DNA of 63,889 nucleotides, filler included, from a bacterium (lineage in GTDB: Bacteria > JAMOTN01), in the NCBI GenBank assembly GCA_027062325.1. It is 3 parts of 3 records of this genome, joined end to end, with 100 filler letters (N's around TTAATTAATTAA, not from the genome) between each part and the next. Parts side by side here need not be neighbours in the genome. Positions count along the whole stretch, not along the records: positions 1 to 25,282 come from JAMOTN010000061.1; positions 25,383 to 48,669 come from JAMOTN010000064.1; 1 more part is not named here. One strand, 5' to 3'. The position numbers were made by a program, and so were the translations under genes. A model generated the notes under the pieces. The model was given only the letters and a program-made list of their open reading frames with translations. It was not told the origin of the DNA and made no database searches. Shown here piece by piece: positions 21,365-31,849 of the stretch. Numbering within the stretch: position 1 is the stretch's first letter; each line of letters opens with the position of its first letter.

Positions 21365-23173
21365 ATGGCAGGAGGAGATAAGCGTATCACAGATAACTAC
21401 GACGTTTCTAAAATTAGAAATTTTTGCATTATAGCCCACATAGATCATGGCAAATCGACTCTTGCAGATAGGATGTTGGAGATAACGGGAACTATAGATA
21501 AGCGTCAAATGAGAGAGCAATTTTTGGATATGATGGATCTCGAGAGAGAGCGTGGAATTACAATTAAAGCTCAACCTGTAAGAATGGAGTGGAAAAGTCA
21601 TGTTTTGAACTTGATAGATACGCCGGGGCATGTGGATTTTTCTTACGAGGTTTCTCGTGCACTTAAAGCGTGTGAAGGAGCTGTGCTTCTTGTTGATGCA
21701 ACTCAAGGAGTGCAAGCTCAAACGGTTGCAAACCTTTTTTTGGCACTTGAGGAGGATTTGGAGATAATACCTGTTATAAATAAAATTGATTTGCCGAATG
21801 CACGGCCAGATGAAGTTGAAGATGAGATAAAGCAGCTGATAGGGGATGTTGAAGTATTGCGTGTCAGCGCTAAGACTGGTGAAGGGGTGGAGAGACTTTT
21901 GGATGAGATAATTGCGAAAATTCCTGCTCCTGCTAAATTTAAAGATGATAAGTTGCGTATTCTTATATTCGATTCCAAGTTTGACAGTTACAGAGGAGTT
22001 GTCTCATATATTCGTGTTTTTTCAGGAGAAGTTAAAGAAGGAGATGTTATAAAGATATGCTCCACTGGTTCTGAATATGAGGTTCAAGAAGTGGGAGTTT
22101 TTACTCCGAATTTTAAGAAAACAGCTTCTTTGAGAAGAGGAGAAGTTGGTTATATCATGGCGAATATTAAAAATGTGAGTGAGGTGCGTGTTGGAGATAC
22201 TATAACTCTTGCTGTCGATCCTGTGAATGAGCCTTTGGAAGGTTTTAGGATTCTACCGCCGGTTGTGTTTGCCGGAATTTACCCCATATATTCTGATGAT
22301 TACGAAAAATTACGCGAGGCTTTGGCAAAATTAAAGCTTAACGATGCCTCTTTGGTGTATGAGCCGGAAACTTCTGTGGCTTTGGGATTCGGATTCAGGT
22401 GTGGTTTTCTAGGATTACTTCACATGGATATTGTGAAAGAACGTTTAGAAAGAGAGTTTGATCTGGAGTTGATAGTTACTGTTCCATCTGTTAAGTACAG
22501 AGTAGTTGTTGCTGGAAGAGAGATAGAGGTGAAAAATCCAGCTGAGTTTCCTGAGAATGTCAAAATTGATGCGGTGTACGAACCGTATATAAGAGCTCAA
22601 ATTTTCGTCCCATCAGAGTTTGTTGGAGCTGTGATGGAACTTTGTCAGCAGAAAAGAGGAAATATGATTACCATGGACTACATAACTCCAGAAAGGGTGC
22701 AGCTTATATATGAACTACCTTTAGCAGAGATACTTGTTGATTTTTATGACAAATTGAAAGCTAAGACTAGAGGATATGCTTCATTTGAGTATGAGCCAGT
22801 AGGTTATAAGGAGTCAGATCTTGTAAAAGTGAATATCCTTGTTAATGGTGATGAGGTTGATGCACTTTCATTCATTGTGCATCGTGACACAGCTTATTAT
22901 CGTGCAAGAGCCATGGTAACTAAATTAAAAGAGGTGATACCACGGCAGTTGTTTGAAGTTGCAATACAGGCAGCTATCGGCAAAAAAGTTATTGCTAGAG
23001 CTACGGTAAAGGCTTTGAGAAAAGATGTGTTGGCTAAGTGTTACGGTGGAGATGTTACGCGTAAGAAAAAACTTTTGGAAAAGCAGAAAGAAGGGAAGAA
23101 AAGGATGAAAGAGATTGGTAAGGTGAGTATTCCTCAGGAAGCATTTTTAAGTGTTTTGAAAATAGAAGACTAA
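21365..23173 (+). CDS. lepA: elongation factor 4
   Basis: [41 protein letters not shown]. Confidence 0.98.
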   Translation: MAGGDKRITDNYDVSKIRNFCIIAHIDHGKSTLADRMLEITGTIDKRQMREQFLDMMDLERERGITIKAQPVRMEWKSHVLNLIDTPGHVDFSYEVSRALKACEGAVLLVDATQGVQAQTVANLFLALEEDLEIIPVINKIDLPNARPDEVEDEIKQLIGDVEVLRVSAKTGEGVERLLDEIIAKIPAPAKFKDDKLRILIFDSKFDSYRGVVSYIRVFSGEVKEGDVIKICSTGSEYEVQEVGVFTPNFKKTASLRRGEVGYIMANIKNVSEVRVGDTITLAVDPVNEPLEGFRILPPVVFAGIYPIYSDDYEKLREALAKLKLNDASLVYEPETSVALGFGFRCGFLGLLHMDIVKERLEREFDLELIVTVPSVKYRVVVAGREIEVKNPAEFPENVKIDAVYEPYIRAQIFVPSEFVGAVMELCQQKRGNMITMDYITPERVQLIYELPLAEILVDFYDKLKAKTRGYASFEYEPVGYKESDLVKVNILVNGDEVDALSFIVHRDTAYYRARAMVTKLKEVIPRQLFEVAIQAAIGKKVIARATVKALRKDVLAKCYGGDVTRKKKLLEKQKEGKKRMKEIGKVSIPQEAFLSVLKIED

Positions 23174-23195
23174 AGGTGTTAGAGGTGAGGATTAA

Positions 23196-23930
23196 GTGGT
23201 AAAAAACGATGCCGGTTTTGATTCTGGTTTCTACGTATTTCCATATGGAGTATTTGATGGGGATTTGAATATGGCGATAGATTGGGTTATATTCACTAAC
23301 CGTTTAAGAGGTTGGAGATTTTATAGGTGGAGTAAGCCTACACTTTCGTTTGGGAAGTTACAGAAAGTTGAAAATAGTAAGACATTGTGGAAAAAGTTGA
23401 AGGAGAATGGTATAGATTTGGTGAGACGACCCACCGGAGGACGTGCAGTTCTTCATCATAATGAGTTGACGTACTTGGTTGTAGATGAGGTTGGTAAGAG
23501 TTTAATGGCAGATTACTTTAAGGTTGCAGAAATTTTAATTGAAGTTTTGAAAAGAAAAAATCCGGCAGTGGAGGTGGAGAGAAGGAGTCGAGGAACTGAT
23601 AAATTTTGCTGCTTTGATGCACCGAGTTGGGGAGAGATAAAAGTTAATGGTAAGAAAGTAGTGGGAAGCGCTCAATACAGAAAAAGTGGGTACTTTCTGC
23701 AGCACGGAAGCATTGTTATAAAGCCTTCAGAATTTGAAGAACTTGTATTTGGGAAAAAGTCTCAAGGTATGGATGGGTGGTTAAATGGAACTCCGGAAGG
23801 TTTAGCAAAAGAATTTGAGGAATATCTTATATCAATTGGGGGAGTTGTGATTGAAGAAGATGATCCCTTGTGGCAAGAAGTTTTAGAAAAGGCTTTTGAG
23901 GTACGGGAGAAATTTGCAGTTCATATTTGA
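23196..23930 (+). CDS. lipoate-protein ligase / LipM-type octanoyltransferase
   Basis: NMAID, RRPTGGRAVLH, GKKVVGSAQ, LQHGSI. Confidence 0.9.
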   Translation: MVKNDAGFDSGFYVFPYGVFDGDLNMAIDWVIFTNRLRGWRFYRWSKPTLSFGKLQKVENSKTLWKKLKENGIDLVRRPTGGRAVLHHNELTYLVVDEVGKSLMADYFKVAEILIEVLKRKNPAVEVERRSRGTDKFCCFDAPSWGEIKVNGKKVVGSAQYRKSGYFLQHGSIVIKPSEFEELVFGKKSQGMDGWLNGTPEGLAKEFEEYLISIGGVVIEEDDPLWQEVLEKAFEVREKFAVHI

Positions 23931-24059
23931 CATGATGTTTTATTTTAAAGGACTTTAAATTTAGTTTTGTTTTTAAAAAAAACGTCTTGGTACATTTCAA
24001 CTTATTACCTGATTTGTCGATTGAATAAGTGGAAAGTAACTAAGCGAGAGGTGGAGTTT

Positions 24060-25031
24060 ATGCCTTTGTATAAGTTTTTTGATATTTTAAAGCTTGCTGT
24101 GGCTTTAGTGATTATTGTGGTTGCTTCGGGATTGAGTTCAACGTCTGTTCCGCATGTGGATGAAGAAAAGATTGATGTTGATGAACTCAGTACGGTTGAC
24201 GTAGTAAAAAATAAGGAATTAGCACGACAGATGAAAGAGCTTGATCTTATAGAAAGTTATAGAGTTTTAAAAAATGGTGGGACTTTTGGGAAAACCACAA
24301 AAAAAACAAAGGAAAATAGTAGATTCATAAACTTCAGGAGTAAAAAGGCTTCTGAAGAGTTGAATTTAAGTCTTGGCAGTACGATACTTGGAGGGAATGG
24401 TTTGTGTGTTGTAGAAACACCAGATGTTGTGGACAGTGGAACTTTTTTAGTTAATTTGAGTTTTATTTATCGTTATGTGAAATTACCACCTTTGGACAGT
24501 GAGACTGAAGAGATAAAGTTAACGGATAGAGCAGTAAATCACTCGGTTATTTTTTCTTTACGACCGTGGTTGCAGTTTGATCTAGGGTCGTTTGGAGATT
24601 ACCATTATTCCTCTCCTGCTACTTATGCAGGTGTAAAAGTAAAGCTTTTGGATTTTAGAAAGATGGCTTTTAGTTTAGGAGCTAGGAGGTTTGACTTTGA
24701 AAATACCCAAATGAGTGATTTGTGGCAATACTATGGTTATTTGAAATTTAAAATGCAAAACAGTAATTTTTATCTGAATGTTGTTTATGATGATAATACG
24801 GAAAGTGTTCTTTTGAAAGGAGGTTTAGCTTATACTTTCAATGCAGAAGGAGGACGAGTAAACATTTTAACATTTGAAAGTTCTCAGAATGAAGATGCAA
24901 TATTTAGCAAATATTTGGTTGGGTTTAGGACAGTTTCCCAAAAGGGGTACTCTATTACATTAGGAGTGCAACGCGATAGTAGTAGGTCGGAGTGGCTTTA
25001 CATGTTAAGTAGCGGTTTTGTATTTAGATAA
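24060..25031 (+). CDS. exported protein with probable C-terminal beta-barrel
   Basis: Signal-like segment after MPLYK (SD GAGGTGGAG); alternating beta-strand pattern; ends GFVFR. Confidence 0.6.
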   Translation: MPLYKFFDILKLAVALVIIVVASGLSSTSVPHVDEEKIDVDELSTVDVVKNKELARQMKELDLIESYRVLKNGGTFGKTTKKTKENSRFINFRSKKASEELNLSLGSTILGGNGLCVVETPDVVDSGTFLVNLSFIYRYVKLPPLDSETEEIKLTDRAVNHSVIFSLRPWLQFDLGSFGDYHYSSPATYAGVKVKLLDFRKMAFSLGARRFDFENTQMSDLWQYYGYLKFKMQNSNFYLNVVYDDNTESVLLKGGLAYTFNAEGGRVNILTFESSQNEDAIFSKYLVGFRTVSQKGYSITLGVQRDSSRSEWLYMLSSGFVFR

Positions 25032-25282
25032 GTGTGATCTTGGAGGAGCAATTCGATTTCTGTATAACGTGTGATATTCTGGTATAATTCTTTAAAGTCT
25101 TACTATTGCTCTATTTCAAAATTTTGTTATAAATTTATTACGGTGTTGGTTTGGGTGAGTGGTAGATAGTGTATTTTTGGTTTTAGGAGATGGGGGGATC
25201 AGCTATTAATAGGAAGTTGTTAAAGTTTTGGTTGTTCTTGCTTTCTACGGCTTCTCTCATATTTTTGATTCACAACTGTTCT

Positions 25283-25382
25283 NNNNNNNNNNNNNNNNNN
25301 NNNNNNNNNNNNNNNNNNNNNNNNNNTTAATTAATTAANNNNNNNNNNNNNNNNNNNNNNNNNNNNNNNNNNNNNNNNNNNN
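25283..25382. other. assembly linker (contig junction)
   Basis: N runs flanking TTAATTAATTAA (25327-25338). Confidence 0.99.
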
Positions 25383-25853
25383 TAACCTACTCTTTCCAAT
25401 TACCAAAACATGTTTTCCCGAAAATTCAAAGTTGTAAAAGTCTAAAATTTCAAACACTGCTTCTACAGGTGCTGGTAAATACAACGCGTTTTCATCAATA
25501 ATTCTACAAAAATTCGCAAATAAAACTGCATCAAAATCAAGATCGGGATTGAGCTTACTCTCCAGCAGCTTTATACTTTTATCACTCAATGGCTTCAATA
25601 TTAATGTAGGGATACGATTAAGGTTCAACTTTTTTACAGCTGTGTCAGCAAGCTGCTCCTCTTCAATTAGGAGAATTTCTATCCCCAACTTTATAGCTCT
25701 TTTTTTTATAACTTCAAGATAAGCAAGGCTATCTTCAGCAACTGAGTAAACAACAGCCATTTTCAAAGATTCAACATTAGCACGTAGTTTTTCCAATTTT
25801 CTCTTTATTTTATCAAGTATATTCTTAGCTACTATCCTACCCTCAAGCTTCAT
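25383..25853 (-). CDS. folD: FolD, N-terminal part truncated by the contig end
   Basis: LEGRIVAKNI, GIEI, LNPDLDFD, LPAPVEAV, GKHVLVIGKS. Confidence 0.8.
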
Positions 25854-25889
25854 AAACGCTATGGAGCACCACCTTTCCTACCATGCAAC

Positions 25890-27203
25890 TTAGTTCTCCA
25901 CTATATCAAGTATCATCTTTTCTCTCTCTATCTTTTCAGGGAATATAACAACAGACGCAGCAAGCTCTTCCAAAGCTTTTTTCAACTTATTTTCATCGTT
26001 ATAGTACAATTTAAAAATCACATCTCCCTTTTTAACCTCATCTCCAACCTTTCTCTCGAACCACGCTCCAACACCGTAATCTATCTCATCCTCTTTCTTT
26101 TGACGTCCAGCTCCCAAGAGCATAACTGCACGTCCAACTTTTAACGCATCTATAGCACTAATGTAACCATCCCGAGAAGCTTTAAACTCATAAACCTTCT
26201 CTCCTTTTGGAAGAAGTGAGTAATCCTCAACAACTCGTGGATCTCCTCCCTGACGCTCTATCATCTCACGCAACTTATCCAATGCCTCTCCACTTTCCAG
26301 TTTCTCACGCGCTTTTTCCCTTGCCTCATCTATGCTTTCCGCTTCATTAGCAAGGTATATCATCCAGCTGGCAAGTTCTAAACATTTATCTGTAAAATGA
26401 GGCTCTCCTTTTCCTTTTAAAGTATCTATTGCATCCATAACCTCAAGCGAGTTTCCAACAGCCCACCCCAGAGGCTCATCCATATTAGTCAAAAGAGCAA
26501 CAGCCTTTTTACCTTCCATATCTGCAATTTTCACCATGTAGTAAGCAAGTTCTCTTGCATCCTCAATATCCTGCATGAAAGCTCCTCTACCAACCTTAAC
26601 ATCAAACACAAATCTGTCAGCTCCAGAAGCCAACTTTTTGCTCATAATACTGGAAGCGATTAAGGGAATACTTTCAATTGTGGCAGTAACATCACGCAGA
26701 GCATAAATTTTCTTATCCGCTGGGGCAATGTTTGCAGTCTGTCCAATCACTGCAATACCAACTTCTTCCACCTGTTCTACAAACTCTTCACGAGACAGCT
26801 CTACTCTAAAGCCAGGAATTGATTCAAGTTTATCAAGAGTTCCTCCGGTGTGCCCTAGTGCTCTACCAGACATCTTTGCAACTATTGCCCCTGCAGCTGC
26901 TGCAATTGGACCTACTATCAATGTCGTTTTATCTCCTACTCCACCAGTAGAATGCTTATCCACTTTTATTCCTACAATATCAGAGAGATCTACTATATCT
27001 CCAGAGTCACGCATTACTCGAGTTAACCACAATATTTCATCCTCATTCATCCCATTAAGAAAAACAGCCATTAGAAATGCTGCCATCTGATAATCTGCAA
27101 CTTCTCCACTCACATATCCATTTACTAAGAATCTTATTTCTTCCTCAGTAAGAGGAAGTGAATCTCTCTTTTTCTTAATCACATCATAAGCTGTTAATAC
27201 CAT
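25890..27203 (-). CDS. pdp: pyrimidine-nucleoside phosphorylase
   Basis: DKHSTGGVGDKT, KMSGRALGHTGGTLDKLESIPG, SIMSKK. Confidence 0.96.
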   Translation of the reverse strand: MVLTAYDVIKKKRDSLPLTEEEIRFLVNGYVSGEVADYQMAAFLMAVFLNGMNEDEILWLTRVMRDSGDIVDLSDIVGIKVDKHSTGGVGDKTTLIVGPIAAAAGAIVAKMSGRALGHTGGTLDKLESIPGFRVELSREEFVEQVEEVGIAVIGQTANIAPADKKIYALRDVTATIESIPLIASSIMSKKLASGADRFVFDVKVGRGAFMQDIEDARELAYYMVKIADMEGKKAVALLTNMDEPLGWAVGNSLEVMDAIDTLKGKGEPHFTDKCLELASWMIYLANEAESIDEAREKAREKLESGEALDKLREMIERQGGDPRVVEDYSLLPKGEKVYEFKASRDGYISAIDALKVGRAVMLLGAGRQKKEDEIDYGVGAWFERKVGDEVKKGDVIFKLYYNDENKLKKALEELAASVVIFPEKIEREKMILDIVEN

Positions 27204-27225
27204 CTTTACCGCCTCCCAAAAGTTT

Positions 27226-27969
27226 TTATACAAAAAATGCCGTAAGTTTGAGAACCACCATAAATATAAGCTTGTACAAAATGTGAATTACAGGATTTAA
27301 TATTCCCAAACTCAACAGCAATATAATTATAAAAAAGCCTGCAAAATCCATTTCAAATACATCCTCTTCCCAATTAAAAATAGCTGCAAGCATCCTGGAT
27401 CCATCAAGTGGTGGAATCGGTATAAGATTAAAAGCTGCCAACATAACATTTATCTGCATTGCCATCATTCCCAAATAAAAGAGTATCATTCTCCCCAATC
27501 CCATCTTATACTTAAACATAAATCCATAAGCAATCGAGTACTCCACTCCTCCCTTTGCAACCAATACCATAAATACTCCCCAAAATATGGCTTGAATAAT
27601 ATTTGCTAATGGCCCTGCAGCAGCTACCCAAAATATTCCCCAACGTCTAGGTTTTAATCTGTAAAAGTTTACAGGTACCGGCTTCGCCCAACCAAAGTGA
27701 AAAAATATTAAGCTCAGAAGTCCAAGCACATCTATGTGATCCAGTGGATTTAAAGTGAGTCTTCCAGCCCTATAAGCTGTATCATCTCCGAACAAGTAAG
27801 CGACCCAACCATGTGCAACTTCGTGGAGAACCACAGCCATTATGTAAGCAGGAAGTGCTACAAGTAGTGCTACCATCTTTGCCATATTAAAAACCAAACC
27901 ACCAGATAATAACTTTGAAATTATCCAAAGTACCACTATAAGTATAATTAGTTTTTGCAACTTACCCAC
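27226..27969 (-). CDS. site-2 protease (M50)
   Basis: HEVAH, GWAKPVP, NLIPIPPLDG. Confidence 0.93.
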   Translation of the reverse strand: MGKLQKLIILIVVLWIISKLLSGGLVFNMAKMVALLVALPAYIMAVVLHEVAHGWVAYLFGDDTAYRAGRLTLNPLDHIDVLGLLSLIFFHFGWAKPVPVNFYRLKPRRWGIFWVAAAGPLANIIQAIFWGVFMVLVAKGGVEYSIAYGFMFKYKMGLGRMILFYLGMMAMQINVMLAAFNLIPIPPLDGSRMLAAIFNWEEDVFEMDFAGFFIIILLLSLGILNPVIHILYKLIFMVVLKLTAFFV

Positions 27970-29162
27970 TTTTCTACCAACTCCCTTTGTTTCATCTCAG
28001 ACAATCCATTTTCAGAAGAAACAACTTCAGCAATCAAGCGCTTCTTCAATACACCTACCTCTTTTCCAAGAAGTCTTACTCCCTTCTTAGCTGCAATGTT
28101 TATTATATCGTTACCCGACAATTTTACTTGTTCAACTCTCTCTTCAATAACCTCAACCATATCAGTAAACAACCTTGAAATTTTCTTACCCATAGGACTC
28201 AAAATAATATACAATTTGTAAGCTTCTTTTAAATTGTCGATTAAAGCTAACTCTTTCAAAACTTCAATTTCTTCTAAAACCCTCATCTCCTTCTTTGTAA
28301 AAGCAAAACGCTTTGCCAATAGTTCAATGTCATCTTGATCCAATCGTGAGTCAAGAATCATGGACAAAATCGTTATCAAAAAAGCTTCATTATTAAATTC
28401 TTTTCTGCTCCGCAAAAAATTTTCAATCAAATCTCTATTCGGCTTTTTCAAAAAATGAACCACTTCATTCGGAACAAGATTGTACTCATATATAAATTCT
28501 AAGCAATTTATAAGCTTATCCTCATCCGCAATCCGCTCAAACTCTGATCTAATCCTAGCGGGGGTAAGTCTAGATATGTAGTTTTTATCAAGTAAAATTC
28601 GATTAAAAGTTTCTTCTTCAAACTCAAATTCAAAACGCTCTTTATAGCGAACAGCCCTGTAAATCCTGGTTGGATCCTCAACAAATGAATCTCTTTTCAA
28701 AAAACGTATCAATCTCTTTTTTAGATCCTCTCTACCCCCAAAGGGATCAATTAGCTCCTCAGGCTCTGGCCATAAGCGATAAGCCATCGCATTTATTGTA
28801 AAATCTCTGCGTTTCAAATCATCAACAATTGTCTCTGCTTCACTCACCTTTGGCAAAACTGAAGGTTCAGGATAATACTCTCGTCTGAATGAAGCTACAT
28901 CTATCAACTTACCAATCTTTACTACAAAATACTCATCCCAAAATTCCATATCCTCAAGGGGAATATTCAACTCTTCCGCCAGAAGAATAGCAAAGTGCTT
29001 TCTCGAACTTGAAACAACTAAATCGACATCCTTAAACTCCTCTTCTCCTCCTTTTAAAAGCCAGTCTCTTACAACTCCTCCAACAAGGTAAAGCTCTACA
29101 CCCAACTGTTCAGCAATCTTCTTAGCCTTCTTCTTCAATATTGGTAGATTTACCTTCTCCAC
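27948..29162 (-). CDS. tRNA nucleotidyltransferase (class II CCA/A-adding)
   Basis: VGGVVRD, DVD, RREYYP..LP.V, RRDFTINAMA, EDPTRI.RA.RY. Confidence 0.9.
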   Translation of the reverse strand: MEKVNLPILKKKAKKIAEQLGVELYLVGGVVRDWLLKGGEEEFKDVDLVVSSSRKHFAILLAEELNIPLEDMEFWDEYFVVKIGKLIDVASFRREYYPEPSVLPKVSEAETIVDDLKRRDFTINAMAYRLWPEPEELIDPFGGREDLKKRLIRFLKRDSFVEDPTRIYRAVRYKERFEFEFEEETFNRILLDKNYISRLTPARIRSEFERIADEDKLINCLEFIYEYNLVPNEVVHFLKKPNRDLIENFLRSRKEFNNEAFLITILSMILDSRLDQDDIELLAKRFAFTKKEMRVLEEIEVLKELALIDNLKEAYKLYIILSPMGKKISRLFTDMVEVIEERVEQVKLSGNDIINIAAKKGVRLLGKEVGVLKKRLIAEVVSSENGLSEMKQRELVEKWVSCKN

Positions 29163-29511
29163 CTTTTAATCCACTACTCCCCTTCTTTCCAAGAGAAGAA
29201 AGCACTCTTTCTATCTTAGAGGGAATATCACTTTCTGAAATCAAATCTATCCAACTTTTAGCTTCTTTAACCCTTATGAATCGAACATCATTGCCACTAA
29301 CTACCAGAAAACCAACCGGTTCCACACTAACAACTCCTCCACTTCCTCCCACCTCTGGATCCCCTTTGCCGCCAACAGCATAGCTAAAACTCACCTTACT
29401 CACGGGGATCACAGACACACTTCCTATCACAATCTCTTCCCCTATAACCAGATTTGCTTTTGCCGTTTCTGTAAGCTGCTCAAACAAAGCTATTAGTGTT
29501 TTTTCTATCAT
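29122..29511 (-). CDS. YtfJ/GerW family protein
   Basis: VIGEEI, IPVSKVSF, GGSGG.VSVEPVGFLVV. Confidence 0.88.
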   Translation of the reverse strand: MIEKTLIALFEQLTETAKANLVIGEEIVIGSVSVIPVSKVSFSYAVGGKGDPEVGGSGGVVSVEPVGFLVVSGNDVRFIRVKEAKSWIDLISESDIPSKIERVLSSLGKKGSSGLKGGEGKSTNIEEEG

Positions 29512-29529
29512 GCATAACCACCATCCGGG

Positions 29530-29955
29530 TTATTTATCTTCTGAAGAATTATTTTTTTCATCCTCCTTAGGAGTCTCAGAAGAGTCCTGCTCTGAAACTA
29601 CTTTTTCAACAACAGGTTCTCCTTTCTCCGTATTCTCTACACTTTGAGAAAGAGCCTCCATTTTCCTCTTCAAATCTTCTATCATTCTCTCTATATCATC
29701 TAGGTCTTTCACATACAATTGAGCTTTCTCTTCAAAGTCTGCTCTTTTATTCTTGCTGTATTCATAATACAACTGTCCCAACATAGCAAACTTTGCTTCC
29801 CTCTCTTTCTCCAATTCAGCAATTCTAAGCTTAATCTTTCCTATTTCCGTCAAACGCTTGGCCTCCTCTGTAGCCTTCTCTGTAAACTTAACTGTTGCGT
29901 CTTTTGCTTTATTTGCAAAATCTTTCACTTTTTCAAATACGTTTTTAAAATCCAT
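29530..29955 (-). CDS. helical/coiled-coil hypothetical protein
   Basis: 141 aa ORF with good SD; amphipathic N-terminus, LGQLYYE, acidic tail. Confidence 0.75.
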   Translation of the reverse strand: MDFKNVFEKVKDFANKAKDATVKFTEKATEEAKRLTEIGKIKLRIAELEKEREAKFAMLGQLYYEYSKNKRADFEEKAQLYVKDLDDIERMIEDLKRKMEALSQSVENTEKGEPVVEKVVSEQDSSETPKEDEKNNSSEDK

Positions 29956-30016
29956 AAATTATCCCCCCTTTTTACATACAGTAATATATTAACCTAAAAA
30001 ATTACATTAGTAAATT

Positions 30017-30045
30017 AAAAGGGCAAGCTCTAACGAGCTTGCCCT
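30017..30045 (-). terminator. intrinsic terminator after flgMN
   Basis: 11-bp stem AGGGCAAGCTC/GAGCTTGCCCT followed by TTTAATTT on the - strand. Confidence 0.85.
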
Positions 30046-30056
30046 ATATTTTCATA

Positions 30057-30101
30057 GTGGATGGGAATCCTGCGAAACTCGTAGGAATCAACAGTGTCAA
30101 A
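30057..30101. repeat. left arm of 45-bp perfect inverted repeat (copy of internal lpxA sequence, overlapping the flgN stop); partner 31244-31288
   Basis: GTGGATGGGAATCCTGCGAAACTCGTAGGAATCAACAGTGTCAAA is the reverse complement of 31244-31288; extends 7 more bp past one mismatch. Confidence 0.97.
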
Positions 30102-30546
30102 GTGATAATTCTAAACGTCCATAATTTCCCAACAACTCCTTCATTCTCTCAAGACGCGCAATCTTTCCTCTCAAAACTCTTTTGAATATCCTAATTTTTT
30201 CCACTACCTCAACGCTAACCCTGCTGAGCTCTTCCTCAAACTCAAAAAAACCACTCTCTTTCAAAACACTTTCTTTATCCAAAGTACTGCCTTCAATACG
30301 CTCCTTCATCGCTTGAATTGAATTTCTCAAATAGATATAGTAGTTTCCCCACAATTTTTCAAACTGCATCAACCTCTCGGCATAACTTTCCCAATTTCCC
30401 TCTTCTACAGCCTTTTCTACATCAGCAAAAGCAGCCTTCAACTCACCCAAAGCCTCTCTTAAATCATTCACCTGTTTTCTTACTTCAAGAAGCACCTCAC
30501 TCATACTATACACCTCTACGAACCTCCACAAGGCTTTCATGAGCAA
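30097..30546 (-). CDS. putative FlgN-like flagellar chaperone
   Basis: All-helical 149 aa immediately downstream of flgM; assignment mainly by synteny. Confidence 0.55.
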   Translation of the reverse strand: MLMKALWRFVEVYSMSEVLLEVRKQVNDLREALGELKAAFADVEKAVEEGNWESYAERLMQFEKLWGNYYIYLRNSIQAMKERIEGSTLDKESVLKESGFFEFEEELSRVSVEVVEKIRIFKRVLRGKIARLERMKELLGNYGRLELSL

Positions 30547-30551
30547 CTAAC

Positions 30552-30926
30552 TTAGAAGGACATCAATCTGTCAATCACTCCATCCTCTATCAATTTATCC
30601 GCCAACTTATCAAGATCTATTTTGTACTCTCCACTTTCCAACATTTTCTTAATTTTTTCCACTTTTTGCTCATTTATATCCATGGTATTTTTTACAACAT
30701 CAGCTGCTCTTCTCATCAAACGTATTTTTCTGACAGAATCAGCATTCTGCCCCATTAACCCTCGAGCACTTATCAAATCTGAAACGGATGCCTTCTTCCC
30801 TAAGCCTTCAGCCTTGGAAGTATCTACATCCTTACCTTTCCTCTCCAACCTCTTCTTTTCATCAATTTTGGTGTCAACGCGCCTGTATCCTCCACCTGAT
30901 CCAACTCTTCCTATTCCCCCCATCAT
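30552..30926 (-). CDS. flgM: anti-sigma28 factor FlgM
   Basis: C-terminal EQKVEKIKKMLESGEYKIDLDKLADKLI. Confidence 0.88.
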   Translation of the reverse strand: MMGGIGRVGSGGGYRRVDTKIDEKKRLERKGKDVDTSKAEGLGKKASVSDLISARGLMGQNADSVRKIRLMRRAADVVKNTMDINEQKVEKIKKMLESGEYKIDLDKLADKLIEDGVIDRLMSF

Positions 30927-31066
30927 AGCAACCACCCTCTTTTTTCATCGGGTTCTCTCCTGAATCTCATTTCTCTCCCCCCTTATTTTTTCGTAATATT
31001 TCATCAGTTTTTTAATAGGGGCCAGCTGCCTTTTAAAAATTAGACAACATCTTCAACATTACTTTC

Positions 31067-31843
31067 TCACCTCATAGGCTTTACATCATCCCACTTCTCA
31101 AAAAACTCTACAAAAATCTCCCCTATTCTACCCCAACTTTTTACCTCCTTAAGAACCTCAGCCAACTTAGGTTTTTCTCTGTATAGCTTATATACTTTTT
31201 TCGCCAGATCTATCTCTTCTTTTAAGAATCCACACCGATTGAGTTTGACACTGTTGATTCCTACGAGTTTCGCAGGATTCCCATCCACCATGAAAAAAGG
31301 AGGAACATCCATAGTAATTTTGCTCATTCCACCAACCATGGCATATTTCCCAATTTTTCTAAACTGATGTACTCCAGCCTTTCCAGCTATAACTGCATAA
31401 TCATCCACAATAACATGTCCTGCTAACATGGCTGCCTGAGACATTATAACTTCATTTCCTATAATGCAGTTGTGGGCTATATGAACATGTCCCATTAATA
31501 GATTTCTATTCCCAATTATTGTTTTTTCTCCTTCACCAGTCGCAACATGAATGGTTACAAACTCTCTTATTACATTTTCATCTCCTATTACAACGCAGCT
31601 TTCTTCTCCTTTATACTTTAAATCTTGGGAATCTTCTCCAATAATTGCATAGGGGTATATCTTGTTGCTTTTCCCTATAACTGTGTTTTTTCTAATGATG
31701 ACTCCTTGCATAATTTCTGTATCTTTCCCTACTTTAACCTCTGGACCTATGTAAGCAAACCTTCCAACTTTAACTCCGTCGTCTAATTCAGCCCTCTTAT
31801 CTACATAAGCAGTTTTATCAATATAAACTGCCATTCCTACCAC
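31067..31843 (-). CDS. lpxA: UDP-GlcNAc acyltransferase
   Basis: Hexapeptide repeats, QDLKYKGE, IREFVTIH, HIAHNC, VHQF, DVPPF. Confidence 0.95.
   Translation of the reverse strand: MVGMAVYIDKTAYVDKRAELDDGVKVGRFAYIGPEVKVGKDTEIMQGVIIRKNTVIGKSNKIYPYAIIGEDSQDLKYKGEESCVVIGDENVIREFVTIHVATGEGEKTIIGNRNLLMGHVHIAHNCIIGNEVIMSQAAMLAGHVIVDDYAVIAGKAGVHQFRKIGKYAMVGGMSKITMDVPPFFMVDGNPAKLVGINSVKLNRCGFLKEEIDLAKKVYKLYREKPKLAEVLKEVKSWGRIGEIFVEFFEKWDDVKPMR
31244..31288. repeat. right arm of 45-bp inverted repeat (inside lpxA, codons VDGNPAKLVGINSVK)
   Basis: Exact reverse complement of 30057-30101. Confidence 0.97.
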
Positions 31844-31849
31844 CTCATA

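Noticed and set aside
25190-25282. Possible gene start MGGSAINRKLLKFWLFLL at the contig end
   Set aside because: Only about 31 codons before the gap; cannot be supported.
25283-25382. TTAATTAATTAA palindrome in N runs (also 48670-48769) and strand-skew change at the first junction
   Set aside because: Artificial six-frame-stop linker. Adjacency across it is not biological, so the skew flip is not evidence of an origin or terminus, and the truncated folD, pilB and rsuA are not pseudogenes.
30940-31066. sigma28 promoter upstream of flgM
   Set aside because: Only partial matches (TAAA..TACGAAAA; CCCGATGA without a properly spaced -35); too weak to call.
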